A stretch of 61,329 bases of DNA, counting the filler, from Hausera hauseri (taxonomy: Eukaryota), in assembly GCA_046269625.1 (NCBI GenBank). It is 12 parts of 12 records of this genome, joined end to end, with 100 filler letters (N's around TTAATTAATTAA, not from the genome) between each part and the next. Parts side by side here need not be neighbours in the genome. Positions count along the whole stretch, not along the records: positions 1 to 6,458 come from JBJURY010098876.1; positions 6,559 to 13,786 come from JBJURY010029449.1; 10 more parts are not named here. One strand, written 5' to 3'. Shown here one piece after another: positions 1 to 12,415 of this stretch (position 1 is the stretch's first letter; each line of letters opens with the position of its first letter). The position numbers and the translations under genes were made by a program. The notes below the pieces were generated by a model that was given only the letters and a program-made list of their open reading frames with translations, was not told the DNA's origin and made no database searches.

Positions 1-19
1 AAAGAACTATAAAATATAT

Positions 20-130
20 ATATAGATGAAGATCTCCAAAATCTGAAAATAAGGAAGTGGAGGAAGGCAACAGAGGCGAGAGGTGGCACATAATATTTGC
101 AGCAGTATCACTTCATGGCTTTTACAGCTT
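20..130 (+). mobile_element. Possible 3' end of an RTE-clade LINE ORF (degenerate)
   Basis: Reads EDLQNLKIRKWRKATE / ERWHIIFAAVSLHGF across a frameshift, resembling the DLxxLxIxxWRxxAxDRxxW...HG C-terminus of RTE elements. Confidence 0.35.
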
Positions 131-2162
131 TATAAAGAGAATTAACAATACATAATAAGCAAGCGGATGAAATGTTCCAACAAAGACTCATTCAATCCTG
201 ACACAATTCAGTAGTCCTATGATCGTCGGGTGGGTTGGATACCTGATGCTCTTAGAAACAGACTATAAACTCTGAGAACTCGTGTATAATGGAAACGGAC
301 TATAAACTCCTAGGACCCATGTCAAAGTTTTGTATTGACAGATGCACATAGGAAAAAAAAGGTAAGCTGAAAATTCCGCTGCCCTAGAAAAATTAATTTG
401 ACAAAATGCATGTAGACTATTCCAAAATTTAAAGGTGATCTTATCTAATAAATAGTCGCGAACTTTACAGTAACTGTCAAAACCCATTATTATTTCAATA
501 TTTCTTGTATGATAAATGGTCTCGTTCGGATATTTTCTTTGACGATAGTTTGAATAGAAATCCAACGCAAATAATGCCCATAGAAACAATATGACCGTAA
601 CATAAAAGATAGCTTCAGTATTCCATGTAAAACCATGTCGATGATGAGTTTTACAGGGATGAACATGCAATACCTATTGCATATAGCATATCACTAATAT
701 TTGAAGCAATATTCTATACATTATTACAAATTTATGCTAATCATAATATAATGTATTTACCAAAAATTTAAAAGTGTTTAAAGTCTATAACAACAATTTC
801 TTTCTATGTGGATATAAAAAATTGTTTTTTGTGTCATTCTACTTGTTTTCATCAGTTAATTTACCACACAATTTAAAATTTAAAAAAATTGGACGAATTC
901 AAATGTTATTTTTTAAAACTTTATGTGCATCTCATAATTTTCTATATAAGTACACATTCTGTTTGATAAGTCTTTTAAAGTCTTTCATAAGCAAATTACT
1001 TTAAAGTATTATTTTGCCATTCTGGTAGTTATCAATATTCTATCTAAATAACGTACGATTCAATTTGTAGAAGTCCTGCTATGAATCAAAATTATCGAGT
1101 GAAAATAACTATATAACAAATTTATAGACTTACACACTAAAATTATTAATTATTACCATGTTTACGTACAAACAATACTTTGGCGTCACATCGCATGGAA
1201 TTCCCGCAGAATATTTGTAAAAATTTTTCTGGTCATTACGAATCTATCAGTAGTCGGTGGAATACCGACATCCGTAAGGGCATCAGTGGAACGGATGATG
1301 ACCGAACTGTGTCATTTCACCCGAACGTAAAAGAGATTTTGTTAAACGAAATGACAGGAATTCACAGAATGGAGAAACATTGATAACAACTGGAAAAGTG
1401 CCATTGTTGGATGGGATGCACGTGTTCGTTCTGAAATGGAGATTTTTATTGTTTGATTGTTGTCCAGTGGTTGGTTCGTCGTCAGCCGAGCAGAGTTGTT
1501 GTGTAAATTTTCATTGTCAATCAATTGATGAAATGAAATGTAGTTGGACGATATTCAAGGAGAATTATTCGGTATCAACCTGCTCCACGGTAAATCGGGG
1601 AGAAGTTTGAATTTATCCGACATGGACGTGTGTCGTGCCGTCGTTAATCTGCCAATTTTCAATGGGAAAATTGGTAATTTGATTAATTATTCGATTTCAC
1701 GTTATTTCATCAGTGTTTCCCCATTCGGCGAAGGAACACGGTGTCATGTTTGTTGTCAACACCGACGATGGACGGATGGTTTACATTGCCAATGTTCGAC
1801 GTATCGGCGTGATGCATGGACGGAATGTGAAATTCCCGTTTGTTGGATCGAGTTTTGGTGGGTCTGTAGTAACTTTGGTGGACCATCGACATTTCCCTCG
1901 TTCCGGTATGTTGTCGTCTTCTTTTTCTTCTCGTGCTTATCCATGATCGTTTGTCATATCGTTTCCAATTCATCGTAGCATTTCTTCCATCGCTAAAATT
2001 CTCCAATCTCTACGCATGTTTCTCCAATTTCCCCATCACCGTTTGTCAGAATGTCGATTCCTTTACCAAATCTTCCATGGCCGACTTGTTCACTTGAGGA
2101 TTTCATGAGATTCATCGTCGTCAATTTCATCAAAATGTCAGGTAACGAAATTCGATATTTTC

Positions 2163-3880
2163 GGCACTTGTTCAATATTCCCCACTCGGTTTAAAAATGT
2201 CGAACTTTGACAGAATTTGCGGTACTTTTCTCGAGTTAATGTTTTTAACATTGGATTTATGAATGTTTTCTGGATTGTTCTGTCAATGTAAAATGTATTC
2301 GTTGAATTGACAATGAGCATATTTTGGTACAGGACTGACCACAGACTATAGACCGAATATTCGGTGGATGGTTTTTATTTCAGTAGAATATTCAAGGAAA
2401 CATTATAAATGGAATATTGAAAGAATAGTAGTAGGAAAAAATGAACAAAAATGTTGTCAAAGTATAAAATTCATAAATGCGGAGGGAGGGAATTGAACAA
2501 GTGCCGAAAATGTCCGAGTGGTTTATTTCGACTTGGAAATGAAGATATTTCTTATTATATTAATCATCATTATATTTTGTGTGTCTCTCTGATTATTTGT
2601 TGTGAAAATTCATAATTTCAGTAACATCCTTCATTCGTGGCACTTGTTCAAATTTCCCACCAACGCGCACTATGTTTAGGAATTTCGAGCTGACGTCCTT
2701 TTAATATTCGATTTATAGTGTTATCTTGATGTTCTGTCGAAATAAAATATGAATTGAATGTTTTTAGTTTTGTTTTCTTTGTAAACATTCCAAATTTCCA
2801 AACCTAGTTGAGAGGGGGAATTTAGAACAAGTGCCGAATATTTGTTTAGAAAAAGAAACCTCCAGATTTACAGTAAAATTCGTTTCCTTGTTATATGTTG
2901 GCATATAAAATTTAAAGAAATGTAAAACAAACCATGTTTCTTGACAAAATGGCCAGCACGAATATTTGAACAGCAGCACACAAACGATGTTTAATCAAAT
3001 AACTAACATATGCCAATGTAAAAAGCATTTTGTAAAATCAACACGATGTTCAAGTATTGTATGAATTATACAACTATACAATGGTCATTAAGGAAATTAA
3101 ATGTCAAAATAACGCTGTGTGCAAACCAGCCGAATTTTCGGTTCGAATCTTTGTCGTCATTTTTTGGGTGAAAAAGTTCGATCCAGTCTTACTTGAGTAG
3201 TTGAAACAACTAGAACAATTTCATTTCTTGAATCTACGACATTCTTTACTCATTCATTTGAAAATTTGTGAACTGCACCGATTCCGGTTCGGTTTGCAGG
3301 CGTGTCTAAAACGATTAGTAAGAAAGCGTCAGAACGAACCATTTTATGTGACCCACAACAAGACGAAAGATTATTTCAGTGTACTTTATTTTCAGACATT
3401 CCTAAACTCAAGGATATTTGTTCCCTTATTATTATCTCGTTAATACAAGAATCAATAGCATTACAGCTTCATAAAGTTGGTAAAAACCTCAGCATTTCAT
3501 CGAATTCCTTTGAGTTCCTGAATAATCTGAGAGTTGTCGCAGATTTTTCCTACACGATATTTCTTCAGAAAAACGTTCCACAGAACCTAATAGACACTGT
3601 AAATTGTCCAGTAGTACAGAGGCTGTTCGAATTAAAAATTCCCGTCTATTTAAAGTCACGTCTGATTAAAAATTGGTTAGACATTCATTTATATTAACAT
3701 TCATTTCAAACTTAATTGTAGGTTATCTTTAATCTACTTCATTTAATATTTGATTGGCCAATTTTTATTCCATCGATTTTTTGTAATGAAATAAATTTGA
3801 CCAATTTTGATCATTTTTAATAAATTCGAGGTTTTTTCTTTTAAATTTGACAGTATTTTGCACTTATTCAAATGTGCCCC
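2163..3880. repeat. Dispersed ~20-45 bp motif GGCACTTGTTCAAATTYCCC, five copies in both orientations
   Basis: Copies at 2163-2183, 2488-2505 (reverse), 2639-2658, 2814-2835 (reverse) and 3860-3880 (degenerate). The 2488 and 2658 copies form an inverted pair around ~170 bp. Confidence 0.6.
3302..3697 (+). CDS. Putative terminal exon with SOCS-box-like motifs
   Basis: IPKLKDICSLII resembles a BC-box and LFELKIPVYLKSRL a Cul5-box. A possible acceptor TTTGCAG ends at 3299. The spacing between the two motifs is atypically long. Confidence 0.3.
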   Translation: MSKTISKKASERTILCDPQQDERLFQCTLFSDIPKLKDICSLIIISLIQESIALQLHKVGKNLSISSNSFEFLNNLRVVADFSYTIFLQKNVPQNLIDTVNCPVVQRLFELKIPVYLKSRLIKNWLDIHLY

Positions 3881-6458
3881 ACTATGTTTAGACATTTTTG
3901 TAGTAGTGGATAACATGATGTTAGTCTCAACTGAACTAATTGAAGAATAATTTTTAAGGGGATCAAAATCTAGTGTGTGAAATACAGGATTTCGGCACCT
4001 CCCGTTTTGTGTAATATAAAATGACGACGGGAATTTTTCAAAAAAAAAACAGTTATCGACTTTGTGACCATTTATATCCAAAAGAAAAAAACAGTGAATT
4101 GAGAAAGTGAAAGTCGAAACGTTTTGTAATAAAAAAATCATAATTCAACGCCAAGAAAAATTTTTCATCATATTTCGAAGGAAAATTTTTAGAGTCAATC
4201 AGTAATGAAGACTTTGCTCGGCAAGGTCGGCGGATCGAAATACTGAAGCTCACTTGGTTTCTTGACGCACATAATTCAAATTTAATTCTAAAGAGTTTTT
4301 AAAAAGTATTTATTTTTATCCAATATTTAAATAAAAATAATAATTTTGCTTATTATTTATTTTTGATGCTCCATTACTCAATCGAAAGTACTTCGCGTGC
4401 CATAAATAGTGCTGACATACTTTTTCACCAAAAGCAACATTTACTGTATGACGTTGGCGTTACTGTGTAAATTTTGATGTAGATTTCAAACTCTGATTTA
4501 ATTTTTCAATTATACTCCAAAAATTTGAAGTTTTAAATGGTGAACGAAGCACCGGAACTACGTTCATTTTTTATAAACGTATAATATCGGACATTTGATA
4601 AATGTCAGTTAGCAACTTGACCAATTTCATGTTTTTGTTCTAAGTGCCACTTGAGCATTGGGTGAATCTGATTATTTCAATGCACATTGCAACGAAAGAT
4701 TCACCGTATTAAATTGATAGACGAAATAGACAGTATCATTTTCTGAGTGTGTAAGATTAAGTGGTTACAATGAATATCCTTAATTAAATCAACCATGAAC
4801 AACAAAGGAATTGCCCGAAATTTTGGGGTGCCGAATTTCATCCGCATTAATGGCAAATTCGAGCACCCCACAAAAAATATCGTGATATAATGTTAGTTTT
4901 ATAGTAGTTATTTATCCAATTCATATGTGAATAAATTTGACAAATAAATATTTGAAAATCTTCGTCAGGCAATTAAAATTCCAACTCTAGCAAGAATCAT
5001 GTTTTCAATCAAGAAATCAATTAAAGCAATATGTCCGCAAATTTTCGATATATTTTGATTTTTTTGTCACGATTTGTGTATTTAAACAACAAAATCTTTA
5101 GAAAACTGCATATTAGCAAGGTCGAGTAAATCCGGCCCTTGTACTGCAAAACTCCCGGCAATTATTTGTAACATTTAGATTAACACATTTACACAACAGA
5201 TCGGCAATGGCATCGAAGACATCTTGTCTAATCAACGAGTCAGACATTGACTCTGCTTTTAAATTTAATGTTCACTTTGTTGAACTTTTCGGGTTCAGTT
5301 AACATTTTTAATGTACACATTTGCCAGTGGGAAACGAACAGATCTTGGATTTTTCTTTTGAGATAATCTTCTGGCATTCGATAAGTGATATCCAGTAAAG
5401 GTACGACATATTCCGGGAAGATAATACTTAAGAAAAGAATATTATACTTGTGAAAAACTAAGCATGAATCTAAAAGTTCGATCCACACTGTTTGATGGTA
5501 CAAACCAAGCCATAACTCAGTGGTAAAATTAATGCTCATGAAAATAAAAGAATTCGCAGCTGGGTTTGAATCCCACTTCGTACACCAGTTTATGATAGTG
5601 TTGTGAATATCCGCAGTAACGCACGAGAATGATCAGAGACAACGTAATATCCAAATAAATATAAATCCACAGCGAGAATATAATACTGTAATACTGAAAA
5701 CTAAAATTCAAGAATCAAAATGGCAAAATTAATTTTTCAAAAATGTAAATAACTTTATTGAAGGATTAAAACAAGCCACAGAATCAGCATAATTACTCTG
5801 AAAGTATCCTGACATGGAATAAAGCAGATGACGATAAACAAAAGACTGAATTACACATTCAATAACAATATTATTGTAGTTTTATCAGTAAATTCTGCGG
5901 ATATGAAAATTCGATTTATTTTAGTAGCCATTGAAAACAGGTAGAATTTGTCTGATTGTTTGTAATTTGTGTCTTACAGACAGAACTGCGAATGGTATAC
6001 GGCAATATTTGATGGAAATTCGTTGAAAATATTCGGATTGATAACGGGTCAATATCGATTGTGTTTGTTTGGTTTCCGCAATGTGTTTTGTGAGAACTTG
6101 CATTTGACCAACTAAAATTCTTCTGTGAGAATTGCCGATAGAAAAAGTAGTCATTTGAACAAGATGTCAAGAAGTATTCCACAAACATTAAAAAATCCTG
6201 TACGCAATTTGACAGTAAAAAGTACAAATCGAAGTGAAGATTGTGGTGCCGACGGCGACTGGTGCTCTTTGGCCCATTCGGTTGGGCACGGTCGGTACTC
6301 CGTTATCGCCGCGTCGGACTCATGCTTGGGTTCCGGTTTCCCGCCTCGTGGGGTTTCCGAGGTGCCGCATAAAGTCGTCGATTCAAATATAATTACAATC
6401 ATAAATATGGATTGAAAAAGTTCTGAACGTTTCTTCACTGTTATTTTCAGAAACTTCA

Positions 6459-6558
6459 NNNNNNNNNNNNNNNNNNNNNNNNNNNNNNNNNNNNNNNNNN
6501 NNTTAATTAATTAANNNNNNNNNNNNNNNNNNNNNNNNNNNNNNNNNNNNNNNNNNNN
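6459..6558. other. Artificial contig-joining spacer (first of 11)
   Basis: 44 N + TTAATTAATTAA (stops in all six frames) + 44 N. The same spacer recurs at 13787-13886, 18419-18518, 22787-22886, 27501-27600, 31646-31745, 36742-36841, 40804-40903, 46536-46635, 50722-50821 and 55019-55118. Plain 100-N gaps lie at 10606-10705 and 59704-59803. Confidence 0.97.
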
Positions 6559-6618
<60 letters not shown>

Positions 6619-7296
6619 GCTATATAGTACTCTCCCTTCCCTTCCATCCCATTCCCTTCTGGACCTTTGGACGATCAACACCAACGCTCTCTAGTAGTTT
6701 TTTCAAAGTCATGCAAAAGACGACATCGAATCCTTCCACGATCGCGCAAGAGTACTGGAACTGGAATGTCGGAGTTGAAAGCCTGCACAGGATAATGCTT
6801 TGTTAATCACTAGATTGAATTGCTTCCCTGGCCGCCTTGCTCACATGTGGTTCATGGTTGCTTACCAATTGACCCAGGACCCAGATTGCATGCCCAACTG
6901 CTTGGGCTACAAGGACACAATCAATGCCATCAAAAAAGGTAAAATGCATTTGTTAACTTTCTTAATTAACTGCAAGCTATTTTGTTGATTCAATTTAGAT
7001 AGAGAAGGACAAGTTTAACATCCCCGTCCCATTTTCATCTTTCGATACCTTGGGAAACTCAATATAGAGTCTAAATAAACTTGGGCTGTTCACCTGACAG
7101 CCACAAAGGTGAAGTAAGCTCGAGGTAACCGCTTTCTGTCTGTCGATATAAAATAAATTATTACTATACCATCTTAACCTTGGTAATCTGGCAAAAATTC
7201 AGTTAGAGAAACTTTATGTCTTTCAAAATAACATGTTAAGATTTTTTTCTAGTAGTGTCTTCCATCTTCACATAAAACTTGTTAGAAACAATATGC

Positions 7297-8297
7297 CGAC
7301 AGAAGAAGGAAAAATTTTGAAAATGGAAACAAAATGGCGTCGGCTATGTGTGAATGGCCAATGGGCCTGTGGAGCTTGCTAAGGAAACAAAATAGTGGTT
7401 TCATTCCTTTTAGCAGTGAAGAAGGGAAAATTTTGAAAAAGGAAACAAAATGGCGGCGGCTATGTGCGAATGACTAATAGGCCTGCGGAGCTTGCTGGGG
7501 AAACAAAATGGCGGTTTCATTCCTTTTAGCAGTGAAGAAGGGAAAATTTAGAAAAAGGAAACAAAATGGCGGCGGCTCTGTGCGAATAACCAATGGGCCT
7601 GTGGAGCTTGCTGGGGAAACAAAATAGCGGTTTCACCACTTTCAGCAGTGAAGAAGGGAAAATTTTGAAAAAAGGAAACAAAATGGCGGCGGCTCTGTGC
7701 GAATAACCAATGGGCCTGCGGAGCTTGCTGGGGAAACAAAATAGCGGTTTCACCACTTTCAGCAGTGAAGAAGGGAAAATTTTGAAAAAAAGGAAACAAA
7801 ATGGCGGCGGCTCTGTGCGAATAACCAATGGGCCTGCGGAGCTTGCTGGGGAAACAAAATGGCGGTTTCACTACTTTCAGCAGTGAAGAAGGAAAAATTT
7901 TGAAAAAAAGGAAACAAAATGGCGGCGGCTCTGTGCGAATGTCTAATGGGCCTGTGGAGCTTGCTGGGGAAACAAAATGGCGGTTTCATTCCTTTTAGCA
8001 GTGACGAAGGGAAAATTTTGAAAAAGGAAACAAAATGGCGGCGGCTCTGTGCGAATGTCCAATGGGCCTGTGGAGCTTGCTGGGGAAACAAAATGATGGT
8101 TTCATTCCTTTTAGCAGTGAAGAAGGGAAAATTTTGAAAAAAGGAAACAAAATGGCGGCGGCTCTGTGCGAATGACCAATGGGCCTGCGGAGCTTGCTGG
8201 GGAAACAAAATGGCGGTTTCATTCCTTTTAGCAGTGAAGAAGGAAAAATTTTGAGAAAGGAAACAAAATGGCGGCGGCTCTATGTGAATGGCCAATG
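7297..8297. repeat. Tandem repeat, 116-118 bp unit, ~8.5 copies
   Basis: Anchor AGCAGTGA at 7412, 7528, 7644, 7761, 7879, 7997, 8113 and 8230. Each unit has GGAAACAAAAT(G/A)GCGG twice and usually a CCAAT. Confidence 0.95.
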
Positions 8298-8454
8298 TTC
8301 CGAAAAGCATTAAGATACACTTCACTGTGCACTCAATCAATCTCAAAGGTGCTTTTAAGCAACAAAATGGCGGTATTCCCAATGGGCCTGTAGAGTTTGC
8401 TGGGGAAACAAAATGGCGCTTTGACTACCTAATAGAATATAGAGTAATACTACC

Positions 8455-9200
8455 GTGCTGGCCTGTCGTGGTAACAGGCCAGTGGTCCACCAAAGAATAG
8501 GCTTTCCTTTTGCCTTTGACATCCTTCCTAGGACTCCCAGGTTTGGGAGGGGGGGGGGTGACCCTGCTGGCCTGTCATGGGTCCATGGTAACAGGCCGCA
8601 GGTCCACCGGAGCATAGGCTTTCCTTTCCAAAAGACCCTTTGACATCCTTCCTCGGGCTCCCAGGTTTGGGGGCCTGGCATCCATGGGGGGTCTAGGGGG
8701 GTGACCCTGCTGGCCTGGTCCGGCCGCAGGTCCACCGGAACATAGGCTTTCCTTTCGAAAAGGTATGCCTTTGACATCCTTCCTCGGGCTCCCAGGTTTG
8801 GGGGGCCTGGCATCCATGGGGGGTGACCCTGCTGGCCTGTCATGGGCCCATGGTAACAGGCAGCAGGTCCACCGGAGCATAGGCTTTCCTTTCGAAAAGG
8901 TATGCCTTTGACATCCTTCCTCGGGCTCCCAGGTTTGGAGGGTCCTGGCATCCATGGGGGGTCCATCCTGCTGGCACGGGCGTCAGTCGTAGGGCTCCCA
9001 GGTTTGGGGGGGTGACCCTGCTGGCGTGTCATGGGTCCATGGTAACAGACCGCAGGTCCACCGGAGCATAGTCCTTCCTCGGGCTCCCAGGTTTGGAGGG
9101 GCCTGGCATCCATGGGGGGTCCATCCTGCTGGCACGGGCGTCATCCATGGGGGGTCCATCGACCGTCCATCCGTCCGAGGGCTCCCAGGCTTGGGAGGGC
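8455..9200. repeat. GC-rich modular tandem repeat (~120-190 bp variable units)
   Basis: Recurring modules GGTGACCCTGCTGGC, CCATGGTAACAG, GCAGGTCCACCGGAGCATAG and CTCGGGCTCCCAGGTTTGG, about 5 times each. Confidence 0.9.
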
Positions 9201-9419
9201 AGGTCCACCAGAGAAGAGGCAAGGTTTGCCTTGGGTCCAAGCATCCAAGTCCAGCGGGGTTCCTTCGAGGTCCGGCTTCCGCACCCATCTCCTCCTTCCT
9301 GGCCACTGGAACGCAGTTCTCCAAGGAGCGGCTCTTCCATCAGAGGGGATCCACCATCCCTCCATCCAGGGAAAGGCTGATTAAAGTTGGTTGTGAACTG
9401 AATTATATGATATATAAAG

Positions 9420-10781
9420 CTCTTCCGGAATACTGGTGACTGGATTTTTCTATTTCATTTTTCTTCCAGATTTGATTTTTAGTTTAGTAAAACTGTCACA
9501 ATAAGCTTCTAAGTTGCCAAAAAAAATGAGTATGTACTAATTATGCAACAGGGTAAGATACGAGGATATTTTCGTGTTTTTTGCCAGGTCCTCTCAGCAA
9601 TGGGAGGCGAGATTAGGATTTTAGCGCCATCAGCATGTGTCAAAGAGTGCGTCAACCCATCATTAGCAATCCTGGCAGCGAGAGAAGTATATAATAATAC
9701 AAAAATTTAAAAAAATATAAATGCAACCCGTCCATTTGCTATATATTAATAATACAAAGTATAAAAATACCTTTTTATTCGTTGGTTCCGCCCACTGTGC
9801 ACTTGGAAACTGCTACAACGCCCACTCCAGGACAATCGTGTTTATTACCTCTTCCAATACTTTCAAACCCTTCTAGGATGGTGGATTATCAAAAAATATA
9901 AGAAAAATATAAGAAAAAAATATAAAAATATATAAATCCGACAACTTTGGCGCCTAATATTAGAAAAAAATACAAATCCGACACCTTTGGCACCTCGCTG
10001 CACATTGTTACACACTTTACCAGCATAATAATATGTCCAAACCATCCAACATAAACTTTGCTATATATTAATAAAAATATTATAATAAAAAATATGAAAA
10101 AATATATAAAAAATGCTTTTTTTTCAGATTTAATTTTTGGTTCAGAAAAACTCTTCCGGAATACTGGTGACTGGGATTTTCTTTCAGATTTAAATTTTGA
10201 TTTATTTTCAGCTTTCACATTAGGCTTCTAAGTTGCCAAACAGGGTATTTTTGTCTGAGCTGTGAAGAGGGTGTGTTTTTGCCAGGTCCTCTCAGCAATG
10301 GAAGGCGAGATTAGTGTTTTAGCGGCATCAGCAAGTGTCGAAGACGCGTCAACCCATCATTAGCAATCCTGGCAGCGAGAGAAGTATATAATAATACAAA
10401 AATTAAAAAAATATAAATTCGACCCATCCATTTGCTATATATTAATAATACAAAGTATAAAAAATACCTTTTTATTCGTTGGTTCCGCCCACTGTGCACT
10501 TGGAAACTGCTACAACGCCCACTCCAGAACAATCGTGTTTATTACCTCTTCCAATACTTTCAAACCCTTCTAGGATGGTGGATTATCAAAAAATATAAGA
10601 AAAATNNNNNNNNNNNNNNNNNNNNNNNNNNNNNNNNNNNNNNNNNNNNNNNNNNNNNNNNNNNNNNNNNNNNNNNNNNNNNNNNNNNNNNNNNNNNNNN
10701 NNNNNAAATGCTTTTTTTTCAGATTTAATTTTTGGTTCAGAAAAACTCTTCCGGAATACTGGTGACTGGGATTTTCTTTCA
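9420..10781. repeat. ~0.7-kb tandem duplication, collapsed at an assembly gap
   Basis: CTCTTCCGGAATACTGGTGACTGG at ~9420, ~10151 and ~10747. The segment 9581-9907 is nearly identical to 10279-10605. Confidence 0.9.
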
Positions 10782-10796
10782 GGTACATTGAAAACA

Positions 10797-11210
10797 TTAA
10801 TCTAATGACTGGATTAAATCAACACCTGAGGGAGATTGGGTATCTATCTATCATCAAGTCATCCATTGTACTGTCTAGCCGTGGTTCATCTTCTATGCTG
10901 AGTTGGCAAAGATTTAAGATACACTGATTTTTTCAAAGCTGATTTTTTCAAAGCTGATTTTCCATTGCTGTACGTCGGTTTCAATTTTCAAACCATGCCT
11001 GTTTTATCACATATGAGAAGCAGAACAGATTTGACTTTCAGTTTCTGAGTACAGACCCAATATTTCTTCTTAAAAATCTGTGATATATCAACTGGAATTG
11101 CACATAACTCAACAACTGGTTTCATGATAGTTTGAGGTGACAAGACTGGATTAAATCAACACCTGAGGGAGATTTGGGTATCTGTCATCAAGTCATCCAT
11201 TGTACTATCT
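10797..11210. repeat. Intergenic repeat module, also present at ~12560-12972
   Basis: Shared blocks GACTGGATTAAATCAACACCTGAGGG, AAGATACACTGATTTTTT and GAACAGATTTGACTTTCAGTTTC. Confidence 0.85.
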
Positions 11211-11385
11211 ATCCAGTGCGGATAAAGATTTCAGCACCGATACAAAAAAAATGTTTTACCCAACCTTGGATCAAACACATTCATTTTTCACTTTACATTT
11301 TGGATTGATTTTTTTTTTCTTTTCCCTGATCCAACATTGATTCCAAGATATTCTTTTTTTTTTTAAAAAAAAAAAATCTTTCTCC

Positions 11386-11453
11386 CGCGCATTCCCTTTT
11401 GCGCAGCGGCAGCGGGCTATAAAAGCGCGCCGCGAATCCCTTTCCTCTCATTC
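11386..11453 (+). promoter_or_regulatory. Core promoter of array gene 1
   Basis: CGCGCA...TGCGCA, then TATAAAAG at 11418-11425 and Inr-like TCATTC at 11448. Same layout as genes 2 and 3. Confidence 0.65.
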
Positions 11454-11478
11454 TCATTCTCGCACTCTCCGCATCCAG

Positions 11479-11820
11479 ATGTCCCGCGACTACGTGTCCG
11501 AATACTTGGCCGCCCACTTCCCTCACATCCAACGGACCCATGAAGAAAACGTACGATTCTTCAACAGCCTGGACCACGACTGGCCGGTCCCCCCCCGCCC
11601 GGGCGAGACTCTCTGGGAGGGTATCCGTCGGCGGTCAGCCAACATCCGAGAGCGGGTGCACCGCCACTTTTACCCCGAGGACTTTCCCGTAGACGACCCC
11701 CGTCCTCGACCCGCAGGCGCACCCCCTCCATATCCGTCCTCGCCCGCACCGCCTCCCACCGAGTTGGCGTACGTCACGCAGGGGGGCCGGAGGATCCTTT
11801 TCCGGATGCGGCGAGAGTGA
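11479..11820 (+). CDS. Array gene 1: 113-aa proline-rich protein with PPPY and conserved C-terminus
   Basis: Intact GC-rich ORF after TATA/Inr. C-terminus LAYVTQGGRRILFRMRRE aligns with genes 2 and 3. Confidence 0.7.
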   Translation: MSRDYVSEYLAAHFPHIQRTHEENVRFFNSLDHDWPVPPRPGETLWEGIRRRSANIRERVHRHFYPEDFPVDDPRPRPAGAPPPYPSSPAPPPTELAYVTQGGRRILFRMRRE

Positions 11821-11848
11821 TCACCCATGGTTTTAAAAAAAAAAAATT

Positions 11849-11908
11849 AAAAAAAGCCCAAAGAGAAGGGTCCCTCGGAGGAGGGATTCTTCTCTTTGGG
11901 CTTTTTTT
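11849..11908 (+). other. 3' hairpin 1: 28-bp stem, GGAG loop
   Basis: Arms 11849-11876 and 11881-11908 pair fully when two G-U pairs are allowed (plus-strand RNA only). Ends in a T run. Confidence 0.85.
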
Positions 11909-12050
11909 TGTGTTTTACACAGACCCAACGTTGGAAAACATAATTTCACACACTGCTCTCGTGTCGATAAATATTTTTTCGATGCAAAAAAAAATGTTTT
12001 TTCACCCAACGTTGGAAAAAAAAAGATCCTTTCACACGCGGCTCGGCTCC

Positions 12051-12117
12051 CGCGCACGTGCATCTGCGCAAGGCTTCCCCTATAAATAGCGGACCCACAC
12101 AGCCAGCGAGATTCATT
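12051..12117 (+). promoter_or_regulatory. Core promoter of array gene 2
   Basis: CGCGCA...TGCGCA, TATAAATA at 12081-12088, TCATT at 12113, GCCATG start context. Confidence 0.65.
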
Positions 12118-12129
12118 TTCTCTCTCGCC

Positions 12130-12375
12130 ATGTCCCAGTCAACACCTCCACCACCCGACGCAGAGAGGACGCTCCCGCCGGGTCCTCGCTGGATCCCTGG
12201 ACCCCGATGTCGGATCAGACGGAGGAGGAGCAGGGTGAGGCGGAGGTTGTTGGAGTCTCCGCCGGCCTACCAACTCCCGGACCTCCCGATCCTGTTGGAG
12301 AACTGGGATCTCGAAGAGATCGTAGTCCTCACCCCGACGGGGGAGAGAATTGTCTTTCGCCGAGTGCGAGAGTAA
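12130..12375 (+). CDS. Array gene 2: 81-aa protein MSQSTPPPP...VRRRLLESPPAY...IVVLTPTGERIVFRRVRE
   Basis: ATG in GCCATG context downstream of TATA/Inr. Clear paralog of gene 3. Confidence 0.75.
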   Translation: MSQSTPPPPDAERTLPPGPRWIPGPRCRIRRRRSRVRRRLLESPPAYQLPDLPILLENWDLEEIVVLTPTGERIVFRRVRE

Positions 12376-12415
12376 GTAACCCTCACTCTAATCGATCCGT
12401 AGCGATGTGAGGGGG

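Noticed and set aside
263-670. Membrane-protein exon (polycystin-like)
   Set aside because: One hydrophobic stretch with no diagnostic motif or clear splice sites.
6503-6514. Recurring TTAATTAATTAA palindrome as a biological motif
   Set aside because: It is always centred in a 100-bp N block, so it is a six-frame-stop contig linker. ORFs ending in it (e.g. 22647-22838, 54436-55074) have artificial stops.
7297-8297. CRISPR array, or the overlapping ORFs 7526-8382
   Set aside because: Whole units repeat with no unique spacers and there are no cas genes. Unit lengths of 116-118 bp shift the frame, so the ORFs are repeat artefacts.
8355-9439. Many overlapping ORFs, including the 252-aa one
   Set aside because: They arise from a GC-rich, stop-poor repeat, and the same modules are read in all frames.
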